64,000 nt of DNA from positions 34 through 64,033 of the forward strand of contig JAFVZF010000119.1 of the NCBI GenBank assembly GCA_017508305.1. The letters run 5' to 3'. The notes under the pieces are model-generated. The model searched no databases. It was not told the DNA's origin and saw only the letters and a program-made list of their open reading frames with translations. Every line of letters starts with the position of its first letter. Position 1 is the stretch's first letter. A program made the translations under genes and the position numbers. Positions 37,385 through 46,894 of the stretch are shown here, piece after piece. This stretch comes from Paludibacteraceae bacterium (GTDB taxonomy: Bacteria > Bacteroidota > Bacteroidia > Bacteroidales > Paludibacteraceae).

Positions 37385-38150
37385 AGTAAATAAATGGTAT
37401 TACTCTTTTTAAGCGTTTCTTGTCAAATTCGTCAGCAAATTCAATGCTGTATTTTTTGTAAATGGCATGGGCACGAGGCACTAAATTGGCGCAGGTCCAC
37501 CACAAGAAAATAGCGCCTGCATACGACCATGTTAGTACGGCAAAACCAGTCCATTCCAAGATTTCGCCAAAATAGTTGGCAGAGGTAACGTATTTGTACA
37601 TGCCCTTTTTAGGTAAATAGTGCTTGGTATCGCCGGGCTTGCGCAAGTGTCTGATTACATAATCAGAATGCAAGTTGATAATAAAACCTATTATAAAAAT
37701 GCACGTACCTATGATAAATTGTGGAGTGGTAAGCCAGGCTGGGGTGTACATATCGGCAGGCGATAGGTAAAAAATCCAATATCCTTGAATGATGCCGTTT
37801 ATTAAGTTAAATACAAATCCCATCATCATAATGGTAATGGGCATTTTGCTTTTGCCTTTTAGTAAGAAAGGGAAAATAAACGAACGTTGAAAATAGTGTG
37901 CCTGAAAGATGCAGAAAATAGCCAAAGGGGCCACTTCAAAAGTTCTGCTGCTCATGCCCCATAGGTAAAGCATGACAAAGAAAACGGGGCATTCCATAAT
38001 CACCCAAGCCACTTTGTTGTTGATGGCAGGTCCCCATTTGTCGCTAATCATTTTTCCGTAGCCTGCTTCTACAAAGTAAAGTGCTACAAATACCACAAGG
38101 CCTGTTATAGCCATGATTAGTAGTAGAAAGTTGAATTGTTCTAAGCTCAT
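37383..38150 (-). CDS. 3-oxo-5-alpha-steroid 4-dehydrogenase (steroid 5alpha-reductase) family membrane protein
   Basis: 255 aa and polytopic. The C-terminal signature HSDYVIRHLRKPGDTKHYLPKKGMYKYVTSANYFGEILEWTGFAV is typical of SRD5A-type enzymes. Confidence 0.85.
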   Translation of the reverse strand: MSLEQFNFLLLIMAITGLVVFVALYFVEAGYGKMISDKWGPAINNKVAWVIMECPVFFVMLYLWGMSSRTFEVAPLAIFCIFQAHYFQRSFIFPFLLKGKSKMPITIMMMGFVFNLINGIIQGYWIFYLSPADMYTPAWLTTPQFIIGTCIFIIGFIINLHSDYVIRHLRKPGDTKHYLPKKGMYKYVTSANYFGEILEWTGFAVLTWSYAGAIFLWWTCANLVPRAHAIYKKYSIEFADEFDKKRLKRVIPFIY

Positions 38151-38159
38151 ATTATTTTG

Positions 38160-38266
38160 ACTAATCGACTAATCGACTAACCGACCAATCGAGAATTATG
38201 TTATGAATAAAATTATTCGCATTCGCTCATGCCTTTTATTATTAAAATTATTCGCATTCGCTCATG
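38160..38266. repeat. Word array (CGACTAAT-type, 38160-38193) followed by a 22-bp unit, aaattattcgcattcgctcatg, repeated twice
   Basis: Read directly. The units lie at 38210-38231 and 38245-38266. Confidence 0.8.
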
Positions 38267-38283
38267 ATTTTAGGCGGTGCCGC

Positions 38284-39228
38284 CTAAAACTCCCAACCTA
38301 CATTATCCACCCAAAGGGTGTTACCTACGGTGCCAATAAATGCTCCTTGGTTGCCGGCAGTTATCATCATGATAGCGTGAGTGGGTGTGTCGTCGGCATC
38401 TGCCCAACCCTCTTCTATAATAGGAACAATTTTTCCCTTGCTATTCATGGCACGGTAGGGACCGTTTAGGTGCATAAAGTCTTGGTAATAGTCGGTTTTG
38501 GTAATGTCCCCGTAGTGAATCTCTACTCGATGAGCATTGATCCATTCGGGTTCGTCGTGGTCTAACTGTTCGCGTGCAGTACCCACACGCAAGGCATGGA
38601 TTTTGCCCTCTTCGTCTTCCCAGCGTTTTTGCAGGTATACAAAAAATTCGGCTTTATCTTGCACTCCGTCGATGCGTTTTGAGCCCACACCCGGAAACTT
38701 CATTACGTAGTTATTTTTAGAAATAAGGCATTTGTAGTCCAAAACCAACGCTTTGGGTTTGCGTGTAAAAGGCAGGCCAAAATTGAGGTTTTTGTAAGGA
38801 TCGCCGGTACCGGTAATGGGTTCGAGGGTTTGTCCCAAAAACATGCTACCCGACACCAATACCGAAATATCAATAAAGCCCAAAACAGTTACATCTTCCA
38901 TTTTGGTATCCATGCGGGCGCATCTGCCTTCGCCTCTCTTTTCGGGTTGTACCGTATTGCTCCCTTTATGAATGCCAGCCACTTTTGCATAGGCATTCGA
39001 CATGGTCCATGGGGTATGAAGTGCGTAGTTGTAGGGTTTGTTTCCCTTTATGTAAGCTTCCGGACCTACTACATATAGAAATTTGGTTTTGCCGCCAATG
39101 ATGCCCGATTCTTTTATTTCGCGTGTTGTCCAACTTTCAAAGTCGCCAAATGGAATGGGCTCAAAGGTCTGTGCATTGGCAAAAATCGCTGATACACAAA
39201 GCGTTAGGATAATTACAAGTCTCTTCAT
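38284..39228 (-). CDS. Secreted PCMD-like (putative carbohydrate metabolism domain) protein
   Basis: The ATG at 39226-39228 gives MKRLVIILTLCVSAIFANAQ (signal peptide). The GDFESW...start resembles Bacteroides PCMD-domain proteins. The ORF-track start is a TTG 4 codons upstream. Confidence 0.45.
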   Translation of the reverse strand: MKRLVIILTLCVSAIFANAQTFEPIPFGDFESWTTREIKESGIIGGKTKFLYVVGPEAYIKGNKPYNYALHTPWTMSNAYAKVAGIHKGSNTVQPEKRGEGRCARMDTKMEDVTVLGFIDISVLVSGSMFLGQTLEPITGTGDPYKNLNFGLPFTRKPKALVLDYKCLISKNNYVMKFPGVGSKRIDGVQDKAEFFVYLQKRWEDEEGKIHALRVGTAREQLDHDEPEWINAHRVEIHYGDITKTDYYQDFMHLNGPYRAMNSKGKIVPIIEEGWADADDTPTHAIMMITAGNQGAFIGTVGNTLWVDNVGWEF

Positions 39229-39266
39229 TTCTTTGAACAAAAATCAGTGCAAAGGTAATAAAAAAT

Positions 39267-39329
39267 GTCGAAAGTCAAAAGTTAAAAGTAAAACGACCTT
39301 CGACCTTTGACTTTCGACTTTTGACCTTT
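39267..39329 (-). terminator. Long imperfect hairpin built from inverted TCGAAAGTCAAAAG-type words, followed by a T-run on the minus strand; likely polA terminator
   Basis: The minus strand reads aaaggtcaaaaGTCGAAAGTCAAAGG...ACTTTTGACTTTCGACatttttt immediately after the polA stop. Confidence 0.55.
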
Positions 39330-42241
39330 CAATGTGCTTCCAACCAATTTGTGCCAATTCCGCAGTCTGCAATAAGTGGAACGTTCAGTTTTATCGCTTG
39401 TTGCATTTCGTGGCAAACAATCTGTTTTACTTGTTCCAATTCGTCGGGATAAACATTAAAATTAAGTTCGTCGTGCACCTGTAAAATCATTTGCGATTTA
39501 AGATTTGACTTTTTAAATGCTTGGTCGATAGCAATCATCGCTACCTTGATAATATCGGCTGCACTGCCCTGAATGGGGGCATTGATGGCGTTTCTTTCGG
39601 CAAAACCACGCACAAAACTATTGCCCGAGTTAATGTCGGGCAGGTAGCGTTTTCTGCCCCATAGTGTTTGTACATATCCTACTTGTCGTGCCTGCTCAAT
39701 GCAATTGTCCATGTAGGTTTTTATTTGTGGATAGGTCTCAAAATAGCCGTCGATAAGCTGTTTGGCTTCGCTGCGCTGTATTTGTAAGCGCTCGCTAAGT
39801 CCAAATACCGAAATGCCGTAAATAATGCCAAAATTGGCGGTCTTGGCTTTTCGACGCATATCGGCAGTAACTTGGTCGATGGGTACTTTGTATATTTTGG
39901 CAGCAGTGGCAGCATGAATATCGCCATCCATGTTAAAGGCCTCAATCATGGCACTATCGCCACTAAGGTGCGCCATGATGCGCAATTCTATTTGCGAATA
40001 GTCGGCAGAGAAGAACAGGCAACCCTCGTCGGCAATAAAACATTTTCTTATTTCTTTGCCCATATCGTCGCGCACCGGAATGTTTTGCAAGTTGGGATTG
40101 CTCGAACTGAGTCGCCCTGTAGCCGTTACCGCTTGGTTGTACGAGGTATGAATTTTGCCGGTCGTAGGGTTTACCAACAGTGGCAGTGCCTCAATGTAGG
40201 TGCTCAACAATTTTTTGATACCCCGATAATCCAATATTTTTCCCACAACGGGGTGCTTGTGGCGTAACCCCTCCAACACCTCTTCGGAGGTAATGTATTG
40301 TCCGGTTTTGGTTTTTTTGGCTTTGTCTACAATCTTAAGCCTGTCAAAAAGCACTTCGCCCACTTGTTTGGCAGAGCTTATATTAAATGTACAGCCCGAT
40401 AGGGCATATACCTCTTGTTCGATGGCAGAGAGTTGCTCATGCAAATGTTGCGACGAGGCTTTCAACGCATTGGAATCGATTCTAACCCCTGCCATTTCCA
40501 TGTTTACCAAGGTACGCAATAGGGGCATCTCTAACTCGTAAAAGAGTTTTTCCATGCCCGCCTGCTGTAGCTCCTTGGCTAATATCTCTTTGAGTTGTAA
40601 GGTAATGTCGGCATCCTCGGCGGCATATTCTGCTACCTGTTCAATGGGTATTTGGTCGATGCTTTTTTTGTTTTTGCCTTTTCCACCTACCAAATCGTCG
40701 TAGGCGATGGTTTGGTAGTGCAAGTAAATCTCTGCCAAGTAATCCATGCCGTGTCGCAATTCCGGTTGCAACAAGTAGTGTGCCAGCATGGTGTCAAAAA
40801 GCGGCCCGTTTACCTCTATGCCGTAGCGTTTAAGCAGCAGTAAATCGAACTTACAATTTTGTCCTATCTTGAGGGTGTTTTCATTTTCAAAAGCAGGACG
40901 CAAGTAGGAAAGTATGTTTTTGCTATTTTGTTCATTAACAGGTATATAATACGCCTCGTGGGCTTTCCATGCAAACGACAGTCCCACCAACTTATCGCTC
41001 ATCACCTGCAAACCGGTGGTTTCGGTATCAAAGCAAAAAGCCGATTGCGCCTTTAAAACTTCTGCCCATTGGGGCAATTGCTCCTCTGTAATAAGCTGGT
41101 AGTTATGCGCTGTGGTATGGATATTGCTGTGCTCTGACGATGCTGTAACTTGGTGTTTAGTCGTTGATTCGTTTAGTTGTTTAGACGATTCTGGACATTC
41201 CGATTCGTCATTATCCAATCCTGCAAACAAGTCCATCATGCCGTCATCTTTGGTAATTCGGTGATTTGTTTGTTTAGTCGTTGAGTCGTTTAGTCGTTTA
41301 GTCGATTCATCAATCCCGCTATTCATCGATTCACCGATTAGTCGATTCCCCGATATTTCTCCTTTCTCCTTTATCAACTCTCCTTTCTGATTGCGAAGCA
41401 GGCTCCTAAATTCCAACTCGCTAAAAATGGTACGCAATGCTTCGGTGTCAGGTTGCTGCCTTAACATTGCATTTTCGTCGAAAACAAGGGGTACATCCGT
41501 TTTAATGGTCGCCAAAAATTGCGAAAACTTAATTTGGTCGATGTTGTTTTCTATCTTAGTTTTAAGCGCTCCTTTTAGTAAATGCGTGTTGCCGAGCAGG
41601 TAGTCGATGCTACCAAATTCTTGCAACAATTTGACCGCTGTTTTTTCGCCTACGCCGGGACAACCGGGAATGTTATCGCTACTGTCGCCCATAAGTCCTA
41701 GCAAATCAATTACTTGCAGTTGGTCTTTGAGTCCGTATTTTGCCGTTACTTCTGCAACACCCATTACCTCGTACCCGCCGTTGTGTCGAGGACGGTACAT
41801 AAAAATATGTTCGTCTACCAGTTGGCCGTAATCTTTATCGGGTGTCAGCATAAATACCTCAAATCCTTTGGTGGCGGCCTGTTTTGCCATGGTTCCAATC
41901 ACATCGTCCGCCTCAAACCCTTTTACCTCAAAAATAGGAATGCGATACGCATTCAGTACCTCTTTGATAATGGGCACCGAAAGCCGAATATCTTCTGGCG
42001 TTTGCTCTCGTCCTGCCTTGTAGGCATCGTATGCTTCGTGTCTGAAAGTAGGTCCCGAAGGGTCGAAAGCAACCCCGATATGGGTGGGTTGTTCGCGCTT
42101 TAGTACATCTTCGAGCGTATTGACAAAGCCCAAAATAGCCGAAGTGTTTAGCCCCTTGGAGTTAATACGTGGGGCTTTTATAAAGGCAAAATACGCTCTA
42201 TATATTAGGGCGTAGGCATCCAAAAGAAATAATTTTTTCAT
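39329..42241 (-). CDS. polA: DNA polymerase I, with a repeat-derived, low-complexity linker between the 5'-nuclease and 3'-5' exonuclease domains
   Basis: 970 aa. 5'-3' exonuclease N-terminus (LLDAYALIYRAYFA...), FDTETTGL (exo I), and the polymerase motifs DYSQIELR and QVHDEL. Confidence 0.95.
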   Translation of the reverse strand: MKKLFLLDAYALIYRAYFAFIKAPRINSKGLNTSAILGFVNTLEDVLKREQPTHIGVAFDPSGPTFRHEAYDAYKAGREQTPEDIRLSVPIIKEVLNAYRIPIFEVKGFEADDVIGTMAKQAATKGFEVFMLTPDKDYGQLVDEHIFMYRPRHNGGYEVMGVAEVTAKYGLKDQLQVIDLLGLMGDSSDNIPGCPGVGEKTAVKLLQEFGSIDYLLGNTHLLKGALKTKIENNIDQIKFSQFLATIKTDVPLVFDENAMLRQQPDTEALRTIFSELEFRSLLRNQKGELIKEKGEISGNRLIGESMNSGIDESTKRLNDSTTKQTNHRITKDDGMMDLFAGLDNDESECPESSKQLNESTTKHQVTASSEHSNIHTTAHNYQLITEEQLPQWAEVLKAQSAFCFDTETTGLQVMSDKLVGLSFAWKAHEAYYIPVNEQNSKNILSYLRPAFENENTLKIGQNCKFDLLLLKRYGIEVNGPLFDTMLAHYLLQPELRHGMDYLAEIYLHYQTIAYDDLVGGKGKNKKSIDQIPIEQVAEYAAEDADITLQLKEILAKELQQAGMEKLFYELEMPLLRTLVNMEMAGVRIDSNALKASSQHLHEQLSAIEQEVYALSGCTFNISSAKQVGEVLFDRLKIVDKAKKTKTGQYITSEEVLEGLRHKHPVVGKILDYRGIKKLLSTYIEALPLLVNPTTGKIHTSYNQAVTATGRLSSSNPNLQNIPVRDDMGKEIRKCFIADEGCLFFSADYSQIELRIMAHLSGDSAMIEAFNMDGDIHAATAAKIYKVPIDQVTADMRRKAKTANFGIIYGISVFGLSERLQIQRSEAKQLIDGYFETYPQIKTYMDNCIEQARQVGYVQTLWGRKRYLPDINSGNSFVRGFAERNAINAPIQGSAADIIKVAMIAIDQAFKKSNLKSQMILQVHDELNFNVYPDELEQVKQIVCHEMQQAIKLNVPLIADCGIGTNWLEAH
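41150..41390. repeat. Word arrays (GTCGTTTA, GATTCACC and TCTCCT types) lying inside the polA reading frame
   Basis: ggtgtttagtcgttgattcgtttagttgtttagacgattc ... gtttagtcgttgagtcgtttagtcgtttagtcgattcatc ... cgattcaccgattagtcgattcc ... tttctcctttctcctttatcaactctcctttc. Confidence 0.85.
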
Positions 42242-42296
42242 GTGGGTAAAGGTACGATTTTTTCGCTTTGCTTGTGTTACATTTGTCAGATTTTTC

Positions 42297-42304
42297 TAAC
42301 TTTG
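42297..42304 (+). promoter_or_regulatory. Candidate -7 box (TAACTTTG) upstream of the LytTR gene
   Basis: Matches TAnnTTTG, 58 nt upstream of the ATG at 42362. Confidence 0.3.
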
Positions 42305-42307
42305 TAG

Positions 42308-42350
42308 AATCGTCGATTTGTTTATTCGCCTAAACGCCTAAACGACTCAA
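42308..42350. repeat. Word array (CGCCTAAA/CGACTCAA type)
   Basis: aatcgtcgatttgtttattcgcctaaacgcctaaacgactcaa. Confidence 0.75.
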
Positions 42351-42361
42351 CACCATAAAAC

Positions 42362-43288
42362 ATGTCCACAGAAAAAAATAAACGTTCTCAAAAAGGGAAA
42401 GTAGCAGGTTACTTAATCGAAAAATCAAACTTGGTAAAATTGGTTATTTTTACCGGCCTATTTTCGTTGGTTTTTGTCAATTTATACAAACCGTTTTCGT
42501 CCGATAGGTGGATAGATATTTCTTCTACGCAATATTTTCTATACTCTTGTGTCATTGTTTTTATTGGTATCGCCGTTATTGCAGTGAGTCGATATTTGAT
42601 GAACCTGTTTGTGAGACGCTACTCGCTCAACAACATCGAATACGCTATTTGGGTAGTGTTAGAGTTGGTTATTTTGTCGGGATTTTATACCCTGTATGTG
42701 CTTTGGATTCGGTCCGATTTGGAGTTTTGGTCGATAGAAGATGCCGTTATCGCTTTTAGAGATATCAATATCAACACCTTTTTGGTGGTGTTTTTTCCGT
42801 ATCTTATTTCGTGGCTCTACTTTGCCTACGACGATAAAAATAAGAAAATCAGAGAATTAGAAAAACGTGGTTTGGTGCGCAATGGTCCTTCGGTGTTGCA
42901 TTTTAACGACGAAAAAGGAGGACAGCGTCTTTCGGTGGCATTTGAGTCGGTTATTTACCTCGAATCGGCAGATAACTACATCGAAATCAATTACCTGTTG
43001 CAAGGCAAAATGGAAAAGTTTATGTTGCGCAACTCGATGAAACGTATCGAGTTAGAGCTGACAGATACGGCTATTAAGCGATGCCATCGTTCTTATATGG
43101 TTAATTTTGAGCATGTTACCTCTTTGCATAAGGACGGCGACGATTTCTTCTTAGAGTTGGATGTACCTCAAACCAAACGCATAACCGTTTCCAAAACCTA
43201 CGTACAAAAAGCGACCGAAGCATTTACACACTTCGGCCGCCGTAAAGCTATTTCGTTACACGAGGTTACTTATAGAGATAACGCTTGA
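42362..43288 (+). CDS. Membrane-anchored LytTR-family DNA-binding protein
   Basis: 308 aa with about four N-terminal TM helices. The C-terminal LytTR domain reads VIYLESADNYIEINYLL...LRNSMKRIELEL...CHRSYMVNFEHV. Confidence 0.85.
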   Translation: MSTEKNKRSQKGKVAGYLIEKSNLVKLVIFTGLFSLVFVNLYKPFSSDRWIDISSTQYFLYSCVIVFIGIAVIAVSRYLMNLFVRRYSLNNIEYAIWVVLELVILSGFYTLYVLWIRSDLEFWSIEDAVIAFRDININTFLVVFFPYLISWLYFAYDDKNKKIRELEKRGLVRNGPSVLHFNDEKGGQRLSVAFESVIYLESADNYIEINYLLQGKMEKFMLRNSMKRIELELTDTAIKRCHRSYMVNFEHVTSLHKDGDDFFLELDVPQTKRITVSKTYVQKATEAFTHFGRRKAISLHEVTYRDNA

Positions 43289-44906
43289 TACTGCGTTTAG
43301 GTGTTTTCTCAAATTCTTCTGCCACTACTTCTACTGCCGATATTTGGCAGAATTTAGGCAACAATCTGTTTACGTGAATACGCATTAGTTCCATTTCGTC
43401 GGCTACGGTTTTACCGGCTTGCTCTATGGCTTTAGTGTCGGCATATACCAATGCTACCAATTTATCGTTACGGCTTACCAATACGCTTTCGACAACGTAA
43501 TCCATGTTGTTTACCTTGTCCTCAATTTCTTCGGGATAGATATTTTGTCCCGAAGGGCCCAAAATCATGCTCTTGTTACGACCACGGATAAATACGTTGC
43601 CCTCTTTGTCCAAGATGCCTAAGTCGCCGGTGCGCATCCAACCGTCCGAAGTAAAGATGGCGGTTGTTGCTTCGGGATTTTTGTAGTAGCCCAACATCAT
43701 GTTGTCGCCTTTTACCAAGATTTCGCCCACTTGCTTGGTGGGGTCTAACGAGTCGATGGTTAGTTGCATACGGTCTACTACACGACCGCACGAACGTTGT
43801 ACAAATTTGGTCCAAACCGAGTAAGCCAACAAAGGAGCACATTCGGTCATGCCGTATCCTACGCAGTAGGGAAATTTAATTTGTTTCAAGCATTTTTCTA
43901 CCTCGCGGTTAAGGGCAGCACCACCAATAATAAGGTATCTAAGCTCACCACCAAAGGCAGAAAGCAGCTGTTGGTGTACTTTTTTGCGAATAATGCTGCT
44001 AATGCCCGGTACGTACCACAAAACGCGCATCAATGGTTTTTTGATAACCGGGAAGATTTTTCCTTTAAAGATTTTTTCGACCACCAAAGGTACCGTTAAA
44101 ATCATGTAAGGATGTACTTCAGAGAAAGCTTTCATCAACACTTGAGGCGAGGGGGTTTTGCCAAGGAAGTAAACGTGACAACCACCTGCCAACTGGTACA
44201 AGAACTCGAAAGTAAGACCAAACATGTGTGCCAAAGGAAGCATCGAAACCATGCTCCAACCGGCTTTGTTAGGAATATTGTCTTGTCCAAATTCTACGTT
44301 AGAGCTGATGTTTCTAAAGCTAAGTACCACCCCTTTTGGATCGCCGGTACTACCCGATGTGTAGTTGATGATGGCGGGTTTTTCCATGTTGTCAGTGGGG
44401 TAGTTTACATCGTTGGCGCTAAATCCGTTGGGGTAAGTTTCGGCAAATAATTGATCCCAATTTTTAAATGCTTTTGCTCCTTTTTCGGTTTTGCTAAAGT
44501 ATAGTTCTTGTCCGTTTTGGCAAACGATAGCCTCCAATTGCGACATGGCATTGTTGTCCAGACCGCTGTATACTTGGTCGCCTACTAAAAATAGTTTGGC
44601 ATCCGAGTGCTTCACAAGATAGTGAATGCTATCCGCGTGAAAGGCGTCCAAGATAGATACTGCCACTGCCTCATAGCTGATGGTAGCCAAAAAACAGGTA
44701 GCCCAATAGGTACTGTTTCTGCCGCACAAAGCAATTTTATCGCCTTTGTTAATGCCTAACTCTTTAAACAGCACGTGCCAACGGGCAATTTGGGTAGCCA
44801 TATCGCCGTAACTGTCTGTTTTTTTCTCCACATAATCGGAGATGGCAGGTTGGTCCCAATCGCGTTTGATGGTAGCCTGCAAGTAGTCAAATAGATGTTT
44901 TGCCAT
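43266..44906 (-). CDS. AMP-dependent synthetase/ligase (long-chain fatty acid--CoA ligase-like)
   Basis: 546 aa. AMP-binding motifs YTSGSTGDPKGVVLS, GYGMTE and TGDLG. Its 3' end overlaps the LytTR gene by 23 nt (convergent). Confidence 0.88.
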   Translation of the reverse strand: MAKHLFDYLQATIKRDWDQPAISDYVEKKTDSYGDMATQIARWHVLFKELGINKGDKIALCGRNSTYWATCFLATISYEAVAVSILDAFHADSIHYLVKHSDAKLFLVGDQVYSGLDNNAMSQLEAIVCQNGQELYFSKTEKGAKAFKNWDQLFAETYPNGFSANDVNYPTDNMEKPAIINYTSGSTGDPKGVVLSFRNISSNVEFGQDNIPNKAGWSMVSMLPLAHMFGLTFEFLYQLAGGCHVYFLGKTPSPQVLMKAFSEVHPYMILTVPLVVEKIFKGKIFPVIKKPLMRVLWYVPGISSIIRKKVHQQLLSAFGGELRYLIIGGAALNREVEKCLKQIKFPYCVGYGMTECAPLLAYSVWTKFVQRSCGRVVDRMQLTIDSLDPTKQVGEILVKGDNMMLGYYKNPEATTAIFTSDGWMRTGDLGILDKEGNVFIRGRNKSMILGPSGQNIYPEEIEDKVNNMDYVVESVLVSRNDKLVALVYADTKAIEQAGKTVADEMELMRIHVNRLLPKFCQISAVEVVAEEFEKTPKRSIKRYLYK

Positions 44907-44909
44907 AAA

Positions 44910-45055
44910 TGTTTATGTGTTTATGCGTTTAGTCGTTTAGTCGTTTAGTCGTTTATGTATTCAAAGCTTCGCTTTTCATGATTTCAGGCTGCGCCTTGGC
45001 ATAACCAAACAAGTTTGCTTCTGCGCTCGGCTTGCACTGAAATTCGATTCGGTTT
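44910..45055. repeat. Word array (GTCGTTTA x3) plus a degenerate H-core-like element
   Basis: gcgtttagtcgtttagtcgtttagtcgtttatg, then ttcaaagcttcgcttttcatgatttcaggctgcgccttggcataaccaaacaagtttgcttctgcgctcggc. Compare 35829-35900. Confidence 0.7.
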
Positions 45056-45136
45056 CAAGGACAAAGGTACAACTAACTATGCAGAGGTACGCTGTTTTAA
45101 TTATATATGGTATAAACCCTCAAAATTTTCTTTTTT

Positions 45137-45193
45137 GAGGGGTAAAAATGGATATTTAGGGGTAAAAAATGGATTTTTAGGGGCGAAAAAAGC
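45137..45193. repeat. 21-bp-period direct repeat (AGGGGTAAAAATGGATATTT, about 2.6 copies) in the divergent fadD-like / fumarate hydratase spacer
   Basis: gaggggtaaaaatggatattt / aggggtaaaaaatggattttt / aggggcgaaaaaagcc. It is preceded by the hairpin CCCTCAAAA-ttttctt-TTTTGAGGG (45117-45141). Confidence 0.8.
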
Positions 45194-45280
45194 CGTTGCG
45201 CCATGTAAAATAACAACAAATCCCAAAAAATAATGTTATCTTTACCCATTCATTAGCATTCATTTAAACACAATAATAGT

Positions 45281-46894
45281 ATGGCAACAACATTTAAGTA
45301 CGAACCCATGTTTCAAGTGGGCGAAGACAACACCGAGTACTACTTGCTTACCAAAGATTATGTATCCGTAAGTGAGTTTGAGGGAAAACCTATCCTAAAG
45401 ATTGCGCCCGAAGGTTTAACCGCCATGGCCAATGCTGCCTTTCGCGATGTATCTTTCTTGCTTCGTCGTTCGCACAACGAGCAAGTGGCAAAAATCTTGT
45501 CCGATCCCGAAGCATCCGAAAATGACAAATACGTAGCACTTACCTTTTTGCGTAATGCCGAGGTAGCTGCTAAAGGAAAATTGCCCCTTTGCCAAGATAC
45601 CGGTACTGCCATTATCCACGGCGAAAAAGGACAGCAAGTATTTACCGAAGGCGAAGACGAAGAAGCCCTTTCGTTGGGTGTATACAAGACCTATACCGAA
45701 GAAAACCTGCGCTACTCGCAAAATGCGCCTCTTGACATGTACAACGAGGTAAATACCAAATGCAATTTGCCTGCGCAAATAGATTTACACGCTACCACCG
45801 GTATGGAATACCACTTTTTATGTGTAACCAAAGGGGGTGGTTCTGCCAATAAAACCTACCTTTATCAAGAAACAAAGGCCCTGCTTAATCCTGCGACATT
45901 GGTTCCTTTTTTGGTAGAAAAAATGAAAACCTTAGGTACTGCAGCTTGTCCTCCTTATCACATTGCTTTTGTCATTGGTGGTACATCGGCAGAAAAGAAT
46001 CTTTTGACCGTAAAATTGGCATCTACTCACTATTACGACAACCTGCCTACCACCGGTAGCGAGGGCGGTAGAGCTTTTCGCGATGTAGAACTCGAAAAAC
46101 AAGTGCTTCAAGAAGCCTATAAAGTGGGCTTAGGCGCTCAATTTGGCGGTAAGTACTTGGCACACGACATTCGCATTGTACGTTTGCCACGCCACGGTGC
46201 ATCCTGCCCCGTAGGTATGGGTGTTTCTTGCTCTGCCGACCGAAACATTAAATGTAAAATAAACAAAGACGGTATCTGGATTGAAAAATTAGACGATAAA
46301 CCCTACGAACTAATCCCGGAAGAGCTACGCAATGCAGGCGAAGGTGATGTGGTGCGTATCGATTTAAATCAACCCATAGAAAAGGTATTGGCAGAGTTGG
46401 ATAAATACCCCGTTGCCACTCGTTTGTCGCTTAACGGCACCATTATTGTGGGTCGTGATATTGCGCATGCGAAGCTAAAAGAACGCCTTGACAATGGCGA
46501 AGATTTGCCTCAATACATCAAAGATCACCCCATTTACTATGCCGGACCTGCCAAAACACCTGCCGGTATGGCATGTGGTTCGATGGGACCCACCACTGCC
46601 GGACGTATGGACTCTTATGTAGGTTTGTTCCAATCCAAAGGTGGTAGCAAAATTATGTTGGCAAAAGGCAACCGTAGCCAACAAGTAACTGATGCTTGTA
46701 AACAATATGGAGGCTTTTATTTGGGCTCTATTGGAGGTCCTGCAGCTATCTTGGCACAGAACAACATTAAGAGCATCGAATGCGTAGAATACCCCGAATT
46801 GGGCATGGAAGCCATCTGGAAAATTGAAGTAGAAGATTTCCCTGCGTTTATTTTGGTGGATAATAAAGGGAATGACTTCTTCAAAACCCTTTAA
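45281..46894 (+). CDS. Class I (Fe-S) fumarate hydratase
   Basis: 537 aa. [16 protein letters not shown] and the C-terminal beta-subunit-like domain ([14 protein letters not shown]...). Confidence 0.92.
   Translation: MATTFKYEPMFQVGEDNTEYYLLTKDYVSVSEFEGKPILKIAPEGLTAMANAAFRDVSFLLRRSHNEQVAKILSDPEASENDKYVALTFLRNAEVAAKGKLPLCQDTGTAIIHGEKGQQVFTEGEDEEALSLGVYKTYTEENLRYSQNAPLDMYNEVNTKCNLPAQIDLHATTGMEYHFLCVTKGGGSANKTYLYQETKALLNPATLVPFLVEKMKTLGTAACPPYHIAFVIGGTSAEKNLLTVKLASTHYYDNLPTTGSEGGRAFRDVELEKQVLQEAYKVGLGAQFGGKYLAHDIRIVRLPRHGASCPVGMGVSCSADRNIKCKINKDGIWIEKLDDKPYELIPEELRNAGEGDVVRIDLNQPIEKVLAELDKYPVATRLSLNGTIIVGRDIAHAKLKERLDNGEDLPQYIKDHPIYYAGPAKTPAGMACGSMGPTTAGRMDSYVGLFQSKGGSKIMLAKGNRSQQVTDACKQYGGFYLGSIGGPAAILAQNNIKSIECVEYPELGMEAIWKIEVEDFPAFILVDNKGNDFFKTL

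Noticed and set aside
38203-38469. 88-aa plus-strand ORF, and the 72-aa ORF at 45015..45233
   Set aside because: Both are translated largely from repeat or spacer DNA, or antisense to a better gene (the PCMD-like gene). I saw no start context or motif support.
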